64,000 nt of DNA, from positions 37,871 to 101,870 of IMG/VR virus record IMGVR_UViG_3300045988_154997; one strand, given 5' to 3'. Source of the stretch: a virus. Lineage: Duplodnaviria > Heunggongvirae > Uroviricota > Caudoviricetes. The notes beneath the pieces were generated by a model. The model was not told where the DNA came from and ran no database searches. It saw only the letters and a list, made by a program, of their open reading frames with translations. The position numbers were made by a program, and so were the translations under genes. Shown in pieces: positions 63,479-64,000 of this stretch; positions within the stretch are counted from its first letter, which is position 1, and each line of letters starts with the position of its first letter.

Positions 63479-63664
63479 TTAGATGAGATGGTCTAATTCA
63501 TCATCTATCATTGCTTTAACACTTGAGTCATTAACCCCGTATTGATTTATGAACCGTTTCAGCTCCGGTGAAAACTGAAGGTAGATATCGTGAGCGTTTT
63601 TCACTGTAGGTTCAACGCCACGCATTTCAAGCGCCTTTAGTAGATATGAGTCTTCTTTAAGCAT
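63479..63664 (-). CDS. small hypothetical protein
   Basis: 61 aa ORF; no motif. Confidence 0.3.
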   Translation of the reverse strand: MLKEDSYLLKALEMRGVEPTVKNAHDIYLQFSPELKRFINQYGVNDSSVKAMIDDELDHLI

Positions 63665-63700
63665 AAATTCTCCGTTGTCTAGTATGAAGCGATTGCCGGA

Positions 63701-64000
63701 TTACCATTGCCAGCACTCTAGCCCTTCAACGACCGGTGCACCACAATCAAAATGTACAGAGTCAAAGCCTACATCAAGTACTTTCTGAATGTTCGCAATC
63801 GCGCCCTCGGATATACCATATCGACGCAACTCATCTTTCCAGTCATCGTCCTGTAACCCGGCGTGGACAATGCAACCGTACTCAATTTGTGAAACCCAAT
63901 CCAGCTCATTGCTTGCGATCATGAATCGGCGAGCATCTTCCTCTGATGTATGAGATGAGCTGATCAATGCCACCTGGTAGGCTTGGGTAATGTTCAACAT
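63701..64000 (-). CDS. hypothetical protein, possibly truncated by the window edge
   Basis: ORF reaches the last base of the window; the ATG at 64000 may or may not be the true start. Confidence 0.35.
   Translation of the reverse strand: MLNITQAYQVALISSSHTSEEDARRFMIASNELDWVSQIEYGCIVHAGLQDDDWKDELRRYGISEGAIANIQKVLDVGFDSVHFDCGAPVVEGLECWQW

Noticed and set aside
1-64000. CRISPR array
   Set aside because: No run of regularly spaced identical short repeats with unique spacers was seen; the direct-repeat arrays have iteron-like or tandem-coding character instead.

Overview
The window reads as a near-contiguous tailed-phage genome segment, mostly encoded on the minus strand. It has a lambda-like tail module (M, L, K, I, J homologues, tape measure, G/G-T chaperone with -1 frameshift, Ig-domain major tail protein), an HK97-style head module (terminase small/large, portal, scaffold, major capsid, Ig-like decoration protein), a lysis cassette (holin-like, endolysin, overlapping spanins), a long tail fibre with a self-cleaving chaperone domain, and a replication block (DnaB-like helicase, primase, ATP-dependent ligase, SF2 helicase). 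It also carries plasmid-type functions: a ParA ATPase with a small partner protein, and two iteron-like direct-repeat arrays next to an AT-rich region. My best reading is a siphovirus-type phage-plasmid; an SSU5-like organisation is a guess I cannot verify without a database search. The left end holds an XRE-like regulator, a tyrosine recombinase, an AT-rich cargo island of orphan genes and four minus-strand tRNAs (Ser, Thr, Tyr, Asn) flanked by long hairpins. The most promising candidate for an undescribed system is the AT-rich two-gene operon at 3652-5711 (an HFT-motif Abi-like protein plus a PD-(D/E)xK nuclease-like protein). Other candidates are a DUF2971-like gene pair (16007-17965), a ParB-ParB-ABC ATPase-GNAT-wHTH operon upstream of terminase (50068-53259), and an AT-rich three-gene cassette (56780-57933). 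Several dispersed motif families are visible in intergenic DNA. All protein calls rest on motifs read by eye and on gene order; no searches were run.
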